DNA of 44,968 bases from positions 1-44,968 of the forward strand of contig CAILAO010000667.1 in the NCBI GenBank assembly GCA_903832105.1, given 5' to 3'. Both the position numbers and the translations under genes were made by a program. This document shows, piece by piece, positions 11,301-19,153 of the stretch. The stretch is from an uncultured Pseudomonadota bacterium (GTDB lineage: Bacteria > Bdellovibrionota_B > Oligoflexia > Oligoflexales > CAILAO01). The notes under the pieces are model-generated. The model made no database searches and was not told the DNA's origin. It worked only from the letters and a program-made list of their open reading frames with translations. Within the stretch, counting starts at the first letter, position 1, and the number at the start of each line of letters is the position of its first letter.

Positions 11301-12209
11301 GCCAAGGACTGCGCCACGCTCATTGGCTTGAGTAGGAGTCAGATTTTTGACCTGACGACCAGAAATCAAACCGACTTCGTTTACTGATTCCATGACACTT
11401 GAGATGTATTGTTTTAACTCACCCGTTAACCTTCGGTTCGCGTCCTGTTCAGATGGCAATGTAAGGATGACGACAGTTTTGGGTCGTTGTGCCGCTATAC
11501 TGAAAAGTAACTGCAGAAATGTTGGAAATTGGCTGTTGACATGCGCTCGCGGATGATCGTCTTTAAGGGCTAAAGCGCGGGCCATGTAGAGCACTAACTC
11601 GTCAATAAGGATAAGAAGTGGTGCCTCCCCTAGAGATTTGGCAAAGTTTTCTCTCCCAGGCGCTATACCTTGCTCATCGTTGATTCTGATCAGTTCATAT
11701 CCCTTAATACCTCCAGCAAGTGCAGAGATTTGCCCCCACGGCGTGTATACCTTTAAGTTTGCGTCTTCAATGACATGATTTGTCCCGCTCAGCGGATCGG
11801 AGTCCTCACCAACGAAGGCTGCTATCTTGACTGTTCCCGCATCAGGGAACTGCGAAATATTAAAATCTCTTAGACAATGACTAAGCCGCGATCCTTCTCT
11901 TGCTGCATGCACGGCAGCAATTAAACTGTGCGTTTTGCCACCACCAAATCCGGTTTCTAAAAGAAACACGGGCGTGCCACCATCCTTTCCTGCCAAACGC
12001 TCAGTCACATCTTTGATTAATTGTTTAAGGTTCGCAGTCGGATAGGTGCCTCGGAAAAAACGTTCTGGGTTAAGATAATCCTGATGAGTGCCAGCGCGAG
12101 AAATGATAACGTCCCAAAGGTCTGCGGCGAAGATTGCGTCGGGTAACTCCCCCGCTAACACCTCTGGACGAGGTACGCATGTCTCAAAGATTGAGGGTAC
12201 CTTACTCAT
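8397..12209 (-). CDS. large P-loop ATPase, DUF499-like
   Basis: Walker A GFGGGKTHS and Walker B LLILIDELV. The ORF is open to 12326, but ATG 12209 (MSKVPSIF) overlaps the stop of the upstream HTH gene as ATGAGTAA. Confidence 0.8.
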   Translation of the reverse strand: MSKVPSIFETCVPRPEVLAGELPDAIFAADLWDVIISRAGTHQDYLNPERFFRGTYPTANLKQLIKDVTERLAGKDGGTPVFLLETGFGGGKTHSLIAAVHAAREGSRLSHCLRDFNISQFPDAGTVKIAAFVGEDSDPLSGTNHVIEDANLKVYTPWGQISALAGGIKGYELIRINDEQGIAPGRENFAKSLGEAPLLILIDELVLYMARALALKDDHPRAHVNSQFPTFLQLLFSIAAQRPKTVVILTLPSEQDANRRLTGELKQYISSVMESVNEVGLISGRQVKNLTPTQANERGAVLGKRLFDSYSTADAPKVAELYSEYYEKQRNAGAIIDGRAFEPNYREQIQSCYPFHPELVSLFAERLGDIPDFQATRGALRLVAKLIRYVWANRISIPNTLMLHPFHVDLTRNEIRDEILSRLGRMSFERGLEADVVSISATTHSMNVETSWPWKAASESALVTFLHSLPDGSKGITSPEVALSVGRPDVDLSYVPKALEETEKHAWYMRKEGSHYLFRTRASVNKRFQERLVDLRQRPAEVKSVLEDWIKEIFSNFNVFKIIPFPSDQTAIPDHSDHLRLAIIHFDKEVGAVAPGASERLNFVRTLFNNRGSSSEPRIYRNNLLFLLAEGTKTEGLKEAVRSVMAWQHVQEDIIQEQKNVATTENVNFAEMKKKARDNVSGVPAEFMALEDDLIKVKENIGIHEVNVRSRILESYRVLACPRAGSSENESLFSSTPASVLECYRVDFGEVPEGPDSLRRTARRAAAEAPLLQCLRNNGKLVPESTPAQPLVLAAEIIKRPPLWSEAETHISTADVWDRLRREPDLPIVLKQTDILPTFLAGLATNPDPLWSYYDKQEKKLYTRVNSAELNPTLSDTTFLYDVAAAIRENIRPVSTVKTSDISDNLWPREGTLHKPTVSTLKLLDAAKQSPLFPVLPDRPVLWRAMQEGVRENRWILFQKGLNIAVGSQELNEWPSQPRFDDSIELWLYQPAIEKGIYPRRSGPDISDAPSVLQTAINVKARCWSAGSLSMNMEDVERNARNIWRSLTRFDLEEIIKEGIRERVWFLWKKNDEGEFYTDADVHHVRFDPAGEYHLVESASEKLIENLAPLRPGFGPQPIERVNTPRLALTEVWEALAPSPDIRVAELTISVSDRESFDNTLRAAWADRPKNALIHSTLSAQGRRNTGEKDESINLMYEGKFENIQTLMAPIWSFSSGELQVSITATLKFDDPPKLSDQHLEGFRTSLMNADQGQIAVRLVPARRRNRSKN

Positions 12210-12426
12210 CCTGGGATCCTCCATGCAACCCACGCACAGTTCCGTATTTTTTGGATTCGATCCATTGCGCCAGATCAGTGCGAATAAAGCGCCATTGTCC
12301 TCGTACTTTGAAAGCGGGGATTTCACCTCCCTGCACCATCGTATAAACGGTTTTTTCGACCACTCTAAGCATCGCCGCTACCTCTGGCACTGTGAGGATC
12401 TCGGGCTGGATCCAGGTATTTGACAC
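12202..12426 (-). CDS. excisionase/MerR-type HTH DNA-binding protein
   Basis: ILTVPEVAAMLRVVEKTVYTMVQGGEIPAFKVRGQWRFIRTDLAQWI matches the excisionase-family HTH pattern. GTG 12426 is preceded by GGAAGGA. The ORF is formally open to ATG 12513. Confidence 0.7.
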   Translation of the reverse strand: MSNTWIQPEILTVPEVAAMLRVVEKTVYTMVQGGEIPAFKVRGQWRFIRTDLAQWIESKKYGTVRGLHGGSQDE

Positions 12427-12695
12427 TTTGGATTTCCTTCCATTATTTTCTAAAGGATTCCAAAGTATCAACTTTGATGAACTACGCCAAGAAAAATGCA
12501 TAAAAATTGCCAACTTTCAACATATTCCTTGTTACACAAAGGTCTCACCTCAAGGGTGGTTTGATCAAAAAATAGGCAGCTATGCCATTTGGTGCGTTTT
12601 TTCTGAAATGAACCCAAAAACTGTCAGGCTTAAGAAATGCTTCCGCAAGATCCGAGGACACTGTTGAAGTGGTTTTGCAATCAAATCCCGATAAA

Positions 12696-13493
12696 TTAGT
12701 ACCTGAGTAATGGACCGTTTTTGATCCACAGCAGAGTTAACCCCAACTCAATTTGCGGGAAATACCTTGCTTCTTCGAGCAGTGTTTCTTCCTGCAGATA
12801 ACGAGGCAGATCTTCAATCCAACAATTAGCATCGACGGAAGTCATATAATTCGCGGTTTTCTGACCATGCGATGATCTATAGGCTTCGCTGAACTGGTCG
12901 AGTGTTCCAGAGGAAATCCAATAATTCAGCTCAGAAAATGCTTTCGATTTTAAAGAATACTCCGTTTTGTTTTTTGAAAAGAAAACCAAGGCACATGCTT
13001 CATCAGTGGTATCTATATATCGTCTTGCTGCAGCGGAAAGAGAAACAGAAAATTCGGATGCCAGATTTTCGACTTCAGCCATCGAGGGTTTTCTCCGAAT
13101 TGCTTCTGGCCGAAATAACATGTCTGGCATTAGAAGTTCGGCTGCAAATTCATTAGCCTCTATTTCGAGATGATGTCCGCTGACCGTGGACCAACGAATC
13201 ATATCCTTTTTATCGCAGTAGAATGAGTTTCTTTGCTCTTTGTGCATCTCAAAATGACCGAGTTCATGCGCTATAGAAAATCGTTGCCGGGTAACATAAG
13301 GTTCATGAGAATTGATCGTAATAATCCCGCGCCCGTTGAATACTAAAAGCATAGCCTCCGATGTCCTTTGAGGTGCATAACGGACTCTAGCTCCCCGGTG
13401 TGCGCAAATAGCTTCGAGCTCAAGAAGGATTTCCTTCGAATCCAAAGAAAGATCTCTAATCAAATGCTGAGCCTTGACTTTGCCTAACGTCAT
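12696..13493 (-). CDS. ImmA/IrrE-family (CapP-like) zinc metallopeptidase
   Basis: HEXXH motif in FSIAHELGHFEMH, followed by about 120 aa of C-terminal domain as in IrrE/CapP. ATGA overlap with the upstream gene. Confidence 0.85.
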   Translation of the reverse strand: MTLGKVKAQHLIRDLSLDSKEILLELEAICAHRGARVRYAPQRTSEAMLLVFNGRGIITINSHEPYVTRQRFSIAHELGHFEMHKEQRNSFYCDKKDMIRWSTVSGHHLEIEANEFAAELLMPDMLFRPEAIRRKPSMAEVENLASEFSVSLSAAARRYIDTTDEACALVFFSKNKTEYSLKSKAFSELNYWISSGTLDQFSEAYRSSHGQKTANYMTSVDANCWIEDLPRYLQEETLLEEARYFPQIELGLTLLWIKNGPLLRY

Positions 13494-13906
13494 TTTTTTT
13501 CCGCAGGTAATATTCCTAAAATTTCACAATTCTCCAAAAAAGTGCGAATTTCATCCTCTGTCAACGTATCGCCTTTCTTGTTTCTATTGAAACACAATGC
13601 TTGTTGTTGCAGATCTGGACCGAGTGCACCACTCATCAATTTGTCAAAGAACTCGATTGGATTGGCAATAACACCATGTTTCTGCGACTTAAATGATTCC
13701 GCGACAATTTTGGCTGGCTTCAACCATGAATGTTTCAGCTCCTCACGTTCTGCATCAATCAGCTTGGTTACGCGATTGATCAAACGGTCGAGGTTGATGC
13801 CCTCTCTCTGAAAAACCTCCCGAAAAGCCTCTGTATCTGGATTCTCATGATCAAGGAGAATACCTAGCAACAACCTATGAATCTTATCGTTGCTGTTCCT
13901 ACTCAT
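13490..13906 (-). CDS. hypothetical 138-aa protein with no HTH recognised; partner of the peptidase
   Basis: ORF overlaps the upstream stop by 8 nt (ATGAGTAG) and the downstream start by 4 nt. Confidence 0.7.
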   Translation of the reverse strand: MSRNSNDKIHRLLLGILLDHENPDTEAFREVFQREGINLDRLINRVTKLIDAEREELKHSWLKPAKIVAESFKSQKHGVIANPIEFFDKLMSGALGPDLQQQALCFNRNKKGDTLTEDEIRTFLENCEILGILPAEKK

Positions 13907-14576
13907 TGAGTTCTCCTCCGATATTCAAGGTTTCCAAGATTCTACGAGCTTTTCTTGCAATCCTCCGGCGGGTGTTTCTAACTGCTGTTGGGGTTGAATC
14001 AGAAATCGCCGCGACAGAAATATTTGAAATTTTTTTATCAGTTTCTGCAAGTTCTTCCATTGCCAACAAGCAGAGAGTCTCTTCGCCGTCTGGTTCACAA
14101 GATTTATGCAATTTTTCAAGAAAAGTCCGAGAATACTCCTGCTGTTGGGATGCAATCTCCGCAGCTATCAGATTTGTCTCTGGGTCATCATCTCCTGGTA
14201 AGTCATTTATAACGCCTTCACCATTTTCAATTTGCTGTTTGGTGTCATAACGGTTTCTTCTGTGAGCCGCAGAGTAGACGAGATTGTAAACATCACTGTC
14301 GATAACATTCTTCAAGAATGCGTCCAGATCATCGCATGAGGGGTCCCAATGACGGTATCCAGAGCCTTCGATTCCGGCTTTAATACCAGCGAGTGTTTTT
14401 TCTATAGCACCACCAACAACATCTTCGATTTCCAATCCTTTGGGCAAACTCTCTGGCACACGCCAATAGTAAGATCTAACGCAACTCTGCGCATAGATGA
14501 GCAAATTACCCGTAAGCAATTTCCAATCAGCATCCAAGAATGCCGACAATTTCGAATTTTGCTTTGAATCGTCCAA
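13899..14576 (-). CDS. sigma-70/ECF-like protein (region 2-like and region 4-like segments)
   Basis: LEIEDVVGGAIEKTL...LDAFLKNVIDSDVYNLVYSAAHRRNRY is region-2-like. ISDSTPTAVRNTRRRIARKARRILETL is a region-4-like HTH. TTG start lies 9 nt after GAGG. Confidence 0.55.
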   Translation of the reverse strand: MDDSKQNSKLSAFLDADWKLLTGNLLIYAQSCVRSYYWRVPESLPKGLEIEDVVGGAIEKTLAGIKAGIEGSGYRHWDPSCDDLDAFLKNVIDSDVYNLVYSAAHRRNRYDTKQQIENGEGVINDLPGDDDPETNLIAAEIASQQQEYSRTFLEKLHKSCEPDGEETLCLLAMEELAETDKKISNISVAAISDSTPTAVRNTRRRIARKARRILETLNIGGELNE

Positions 14577-14845
14577 TCAGGTTAACCTCGCTACTAATGT
14601 TGACTGCTCAACAGACCCCCTTTTTGACCATCGCACCGCAAAAAAAATATTTGGCATACAACATAAATAAAAACGGGAAGTTAAAAAAATTTTCCATCGA
14701 AAACGGTCAAAATGATCCATTCCTCAGCAGCACTTAATGAGAGCACATTGGCATCCGTTAATCACCTAATTTTTTCGGGAGAAACGTCAGGTTCTTAGCA
14801 AACAATAATGGTTCGCAAAAACAGCTACTTATCAATGGAGGAAAC

Positions 14846-15982
14846 ATGTCAATCTCGTACGTTTCAGACACAACGAAGTTTATTCTTTGGGGAAAAGCGG
14901 CTGGCCGATGCGAATACTGCAACCGCCCAATTTACTTTGATAATTTGACAAAATGCGAATTCAATACCGCCTATATTGCGCACATAATTGCATCTAGAGT
15001 TGACGGACCGAGAGGGCATCCAACCGAGTCCGAGCGCTTGCGTGGTGACATATCCAACCTGATGCTGCTTTGTGATACGCATCATCGTCTGATTGATAAA
15101 GATGATGTGGAGGGGCATCCTGTGGACCTTCTGCGGGACATGAAGAAGAAACATGAAGAGCGAGTTTTCCTGCAAACCAACGTTTCCAACAAACAAAGCC
15201 ATGTAATTCTTTACGGCGAAAAAGTCGGATACAATAACTCCAACCTCACCTGGGAAAATGCGTTTGAGGCGATGACTCCAGAAAAGTACCCAGCTGAGAA
15301 ACAACCGATTATACTTGGGATCAGGAATAGCGCTCTGTGTGACGACGATCCAGAATATTGGGAGAAAGAGCGCAGAAACTTGAATCTGAACTTTGATCGG
15401 CTGGTGCGCCGCCAAGTTGAGGATGGACATATTGACCATGTCTCAGTTTTTGCGATTGCCCCTCAGCCTCTTCTTATTGAACTAGGGCGTTTAATCTCAG
15501 ATATTAGACCTGCGGAAGTGTACCAACTACAACGAGAACCAACCACATGGCGATGGCAGAATCATCCTGAAGTCAGCTTCCGACTGATACCGCCCGTCAA
15601 GGATCATGACGTTGTTGCCCTGAACATTTCACTGAGCGCAACGGTATCCGACGACAGAATATTCAATGTCTTAGGACCAAAATTGTCTATCTGGACACTT
15701 ACAATAGATTCACCGCACAACGACTTCTTGAAAACAAAAGAATCTTTATGCGGTTTTCGAAAATGCATGCGCACGGCATTCGATAAAATCAAAGCCAAAC
15801 ACGGGCACAACACTGTCCTGCATGTGTTTCCAGCAATGCCTGTGTCTGCGGCAGTCGAATTTGGCAGAGTTTGGCAGCCAAAAGCTGACATGGAAATGGT
15901 CATTTATGATGAGAATCGTAAAATCGGGGGATTTGTGGAAGCCTTCACGCTTCGCGGTCATGATTTTTTGCGCAAGGAGTGA
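14846..15982 (+). CDS. cap5: CBASS effector, HNH endonuclease fused to a SAVED-like sensor (Cap5-like)
   Basis: N-terminal HNH motifs CEYC..AHIIASRVDGPRGH..NLMLLCDTHHRLID, then about 270 aa of C-terminal domain. Lies directly upstream of a CD-NTase. GGAGGA RBS. Confidence 0.75.
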   Translation: MSISYVSDTTKFILWGKAAGRCEYCNRPIYFDNLTKCEFNTAYIAHIIASRVDGPRGHPTESERLRGDISNLMLLCDTHHRLIDKDDVEGHPVDLLRDMKKKHEERVFLQTNVSNKQSHVILYGEKVGYNNSNLTWENAFEAMTPEKYPAEKQPIILGIRNSALCDDDPEYWEKERRNLNLNFDRLVRRQVEDGHIDHVSVFAIAPQPLLIELGRLISDIRPAEVYQLQREPTTWRWQNHPEVSFRLIPPVKDHDVVALNISLSATVSDDRIFNVLGPKLSIWTLTIDSPHNDFLKTKESLCGFRKCMRTAFDKIKAKHGHNTVLHVFPAMPVSAAVEFGRVWQPKADMEMVIYDENRKIGGFVEAFTLRGHDFLRKE

Positions 15983-15988
15983 AAACAC

Positions 15989-17110
15989 ATGTATAAGCTA
16001 ACATCTGAGAACCTGGGACGCCTCTTGAATGAGCTGTACGAACATCTTGACATTCCACCAGAGAAACTGTTGCTTGCAAAAGAAAAATACATACATCTTG
16101 GGCAGTGGTTAAATCAAGATGCCGCTACAAATTTCAGAAATAGTTCTGAACTATATCTGCAGGGCTCAGCACTTCTAGGGACAGGAATACTCCCGATAAA
16201 ATTTGGAGACGAATTCGATTTAGACCTTGTCTATCGACGTGATATTCAAAAAGAATCAATCACTCAGACCGACTTAAAAAGGCAGGTTGGCGACCAGTTG
16301 GGGAGATATGTAAGCTACCTCTGTAATTCCAAGGATCTTGATATTCCCACCTTGGAGGAGGGCAAGCGATGTTGGACTCTTCGATATTCTGGGCGGTTTC
16401 ATATGGACATTTTGCCTGCGCTTCCTGATCCAGCATCTGAGTCTTTAATAAAACCCACAGACGGCATTTTGATCACAGACAAAGATCTTTCAAAGTGGCA
16501 ATTTAGCAATCCAAAAGGATACCACGTTTGGTTTCGTCAATCGATGATACACACATTGAATGAAAAGAGGTTGGCGTTGGCGAAATCGGCTAACGTTTCT
16601 GTGGAGGCAATCCCTGAGGATACTGTCAAAACAACCTTACAGAAAGCGATTCAAATCTTGAAACGTCATCGGGATTCGTGTTTCGAGGGAAACCCCAAGA
16701 ATAAGCCGGCTTCTACAATAATTAATACTCTTGCTGCCCTTGCATACAATAACAATGACGACATTGTTAATGATCTTCACCACATTGTGAATAACATGGC
16801 AAAGCATATCGAGACTCGAGGAAATGAATTATGGGTTCCAAATCCGATAAATCATAAGGAGAACTTTGCCGACCGATGGAGAGATAACAAGGAAAAGGCA
16901 GATGAATTTTTCCGATGGTTAGATTTGGCGCACGATACGTTTTCGATGCTGGCGATTGAAAATAACGAAAACAGTATTGCAAATCTGCTGTCGAAATCTT
17001 TCCGTATCGAAGGTGCTGAAAAGATTGCGAAATCGGCATATACACGTGCCGCGTTGGCAGCAGCAGCCAGCACGGTCACAAAAAAAACAGATCCGTGGAG
17101 TCGATCATAA
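15989..17110 (+). CDS. cGAS/DncV-like nucleotidyltransferase (CD-NTase)
   Basis: LQGSALLGTG...GDEFDLDLV (GS + DxD) and RFHMDILPA (third acidic residue). AAGGAG RBS. Confidence 0.85.
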   Translation: MYKLTSENLGRLLNELYEHLDIPPEKLLLAKEKYIHLGQWLNQDAATNFRNSSELYLQGSALLGTGILPIKFGDEFDLDLVYRRDIQKESITQTDLKRQVGDQLGRYVSYLCNSKDLDIPTLEEGKRCWTLRYSGRFHMDILPALPDPASESLIKPTDGILITDKDLSKWQFSNPKGYHVWFRQSMIHTLNEKRLALAKSANVSVEAIPEDTVKTTLQKAIQILKRHRDSCFEGNPKNKPASTIINTLAALAYNNNDDIVNDLHHIVNNMAKHIETRGNELWVPNPINHKENFADRWRDNKEKADEFFRWLDLAHDTFSMLAIENNENSIANLLSKSFRIEGAEKIAKSAYTRAALAAAASTVTKKTDPWSRS

Positions 17111-17111
17111 C

Positions 17112-17765
17112 GTGATTTTTGCATCTTCACATTTAAAAGATATTGAGTCAGCAATCAAACCATACCCTGCGTTGAGATTGATCAGTAATGGTTTTCCAGA
17201 AATAGTCGGCACCTGGCATGTGCAACACCAAGGCGAGATCTTGGTGAGCTACGAGATAAGGATAACCTTTGACGCAGAATATCCTCATTCGCTTCCAAAA
17301 GTTTACGAGGTATCAGGCAAGATAGCACGATCTCCCGATATGCACCTCAATCCTCCGGATTGGCATGCTTGCCTTTTCGTTTCGCATCAGCGTTGGGAGA
17401 TTTGGCCTATCGGTTCACCGTTTGGATATTTTCTGGATCTTCCGGTTCATAATTTTTTCTTGGGCCAAGCTCATTATGCGGCAATCGGTTATTGGCCGGA
17501 TCATAGAGAAAGGAGTCACGGTGACTGCGGGATAATCGAATATTATCGAGAAAAATTTAACTGCCTTGATCCAAATGTGATCCTAAATCTCTTGACTTCT
17601 CAGATTCCTGACAAGATACCTCGTCAACGCAGATGCCTATGTGACAAACAGAAGCGTCTTAAGTACTGTCATGGCCCAGTTGCAAAATTGATTCAGAAAA
17701 ACCAAGAACCTGTTTTGTTGCGGCAAGCGATAGAAATATTTCGACAACAAGCAGCCAAAAAATAA
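17112..17765 (+). CDS. prokaryotic E2-like (UBC-fold) protein with a SEC-C-like Cys/His tail; type II-short CBASS accessory protein
   Basis: EYPHSLPKVYE...MHLNPPDWHACLF resembles the E2 HPN..C active-site motif. C-terminal CLCDKQKRLKYCHG. GTG 17112 sits 2 nt after the CD-NTase stop. The ORF extension back to 16956 overlaps the CD-NTase gene. Confidence 0.7.
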   Translation: MIFASSHLKDIESAIKPYPALRLISNGFPEIVGTWHVQHQGEILVSYEIRITFDAEYPHSLPKVYEVSGKIARSPDMHLNPPDWHACLFVSHQRWEIWPIGSPFGYFLDLPVHNFFLGQAHYAAIGYWPDHRERSHGDCGIIEYYREKFNCLDPNVILNLLTSQIPDKIPRQRRCLCDKQKRLKYCHGPVAKLIQKNQEPVLLRQAIEIFRQQAAKK

Positions 17766-17929
17766 CCGCCTTTATTTCCGAAAAGTCATCTTCCCATCTT
17801 CGAGTTGAAAATTGTATGCACACTTGTCAAGGCGCCACAGCAAAAGCGGGCAGCTTTCACGAATTCTTCGACATAAACAGTTGCTTCTTGTGAGGCACCG
17901 CCATACGCAAAAACCGATTCCCGTCGCGA

Positions 17930-18739
17930 GTGATGGGAGGTGTCACGCTGCGCCACGTGGTGCCGGACGCTGCCATCGCAGACCCAGACCGATACCACGG
18001 AACCATTGATGACGAAACACGTTTGCTGTACGTCGCGGTGACTCGATCACAGAAATACCTGTACGCCACATTCGCGCCAGTGGATGGCGACCAACAGCAA
18101 CGACGCCGATCAGACTTCTTTGACCACATTGCTGCGCAGCAGTGGGTTTCGACAAACTCGGAATCGATAACGGCTGACAGACTGGAGCCGCAACCCATAC
18201 CGCAAACCCCGCAAGTGAGTTTGTCGTTCTCCGAGATGAAGTACTATTTCGAGTGTCCCTACCAGTTCAAACTTCGATTCCTTTACGGCTTCAACGCACC
18301 GATCCACGAGGCGCTCGGATACGGGAAGGGGCTGCACGACGCGCTGGCCGGAATCCACAAACGGGCACTTGAAAATGATGTCTTAGGCAGAGACTCTGCT
18401 GCGGCACTCATGGATCGCCATCTTAACGTACCTTTCGCATATGCGACTTTGCGCGATCAGCTGCGTAACTCTGGCATCAAGGCGATCGAGCGGTACTTTG
18501 ACGCGCATGGCAAGGAGATAGCCAACACAGAATTCTCGGAAAAGCAGATCATGGTGCACGTTGGGCCTGGGATCACTGTTGAAGGTCGCATCGACCTGAT
18601 CCGTCGCCTGGACACCGGTGAAGTGGCTATCGTCGATTTCGAGTCGTCGGACCGGGCTCAGGCCGAGGACGTCACCCGCGATCAACTCCACAATGGTTTT
18701 TGTGAAATGATAGGTTTTGCCGAAAGACACATGCCATGA
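17930..18739 (+). pseudogene. truncated UvrD/PcrA-like helicase C-terminus plus PD-(D/E)XK (Cas4/AddB-type) nuclease domain
   Basis: ETRLLYVAVTRSQKYL (helicase motif VI), LSFSEMKYYFECPYQFKLRFLYGF and GRIDLIRRL..VAIVDFES (nuclease motifs, with E where Lys is expected). There is no helicase core upstream (stop at 17891). Homology is lost after QLH at about 18700. The segment is visibly more GC-rich than its flanks. Confidence 0.7.
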
Positions 18740-19153
18740 TTATCGGACAACCGAATCTTGGCTCGTCGTATATGTCAATTCCGGCCATGGGTGCCATTAG
18801 GAATAAAACAAAGTACGCAAATTTATGTCACTGGGATTAAGCGGTAACAGATATGCAGCTTCTGTCAGAAGACGCTTGGCGGTGGTAATTTACTTTTTGG
18901 CTACTATGTAGACGTTCGAGCTTGTGCACATCACCCATGGTGTATGGTCGGTTTGAAGACACGGCATTTTCCAAAAAATCGAGCATAAATTCTCAGAAAC
19001 TGTCGTATCATGATAGCTGGACCACCAACCCCGCGACTTTTTCTGCACCAGGGATCGTCTATGTTATTATCAAACATCGTTATTGTTCTTTGTGATCGAT
19101 GGATGTGATAATAGAGGTTTAATTAGGGTACGGACGGCAAATATTGTGAACTT

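Noticed and set aside
12210-12326. N-terminal 39-codon extension of the DUF499-like ORF
   Set aside because: It would overlap the excisionase-type HTH gene by 125 nt. ATG 12209 gives the classic ATGAGTAA stop/start overlap instead.
1159-12423. Dozens of 60-140-aa plus-strand and alternative-frame ORFs inside the five large minus-strand genes
   Set aside because: All are fully embedded in long ORFs that carry clear enzyme motifs, so they are shadow ORFs typical of coding DNA.
14622-14712. Inverted 8-mers TTTTGACC / GGTCAAAA in the divergent sigma-like/cap5 promoter region
   Set aside because: They are short, AT-rich and 75 nt apart, so they are not distinguishable from chance without binding data.
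14781-14800. ACGTCAGGTT in the cap5 upstream region shares 9 nt (CGTCAGGTT) with the iteron core at 31826 and 31906
   Set aside because: A 9-mer match is expected by chance at roughly this frequency in 45 kb on two strands.
14864-15439. 191-aa minus-strand ORF
   Set aside because: It is embedded antisense in the cap5-like gene, which has clear HNH motifs.
16956-17111. 5' extension of the E2 ORF
   Set aside because: It overlaps the 3' end of the CD-NTase gene in another frame. GTG 17112, directly after the CD-NTase stop, is the more plausible start.
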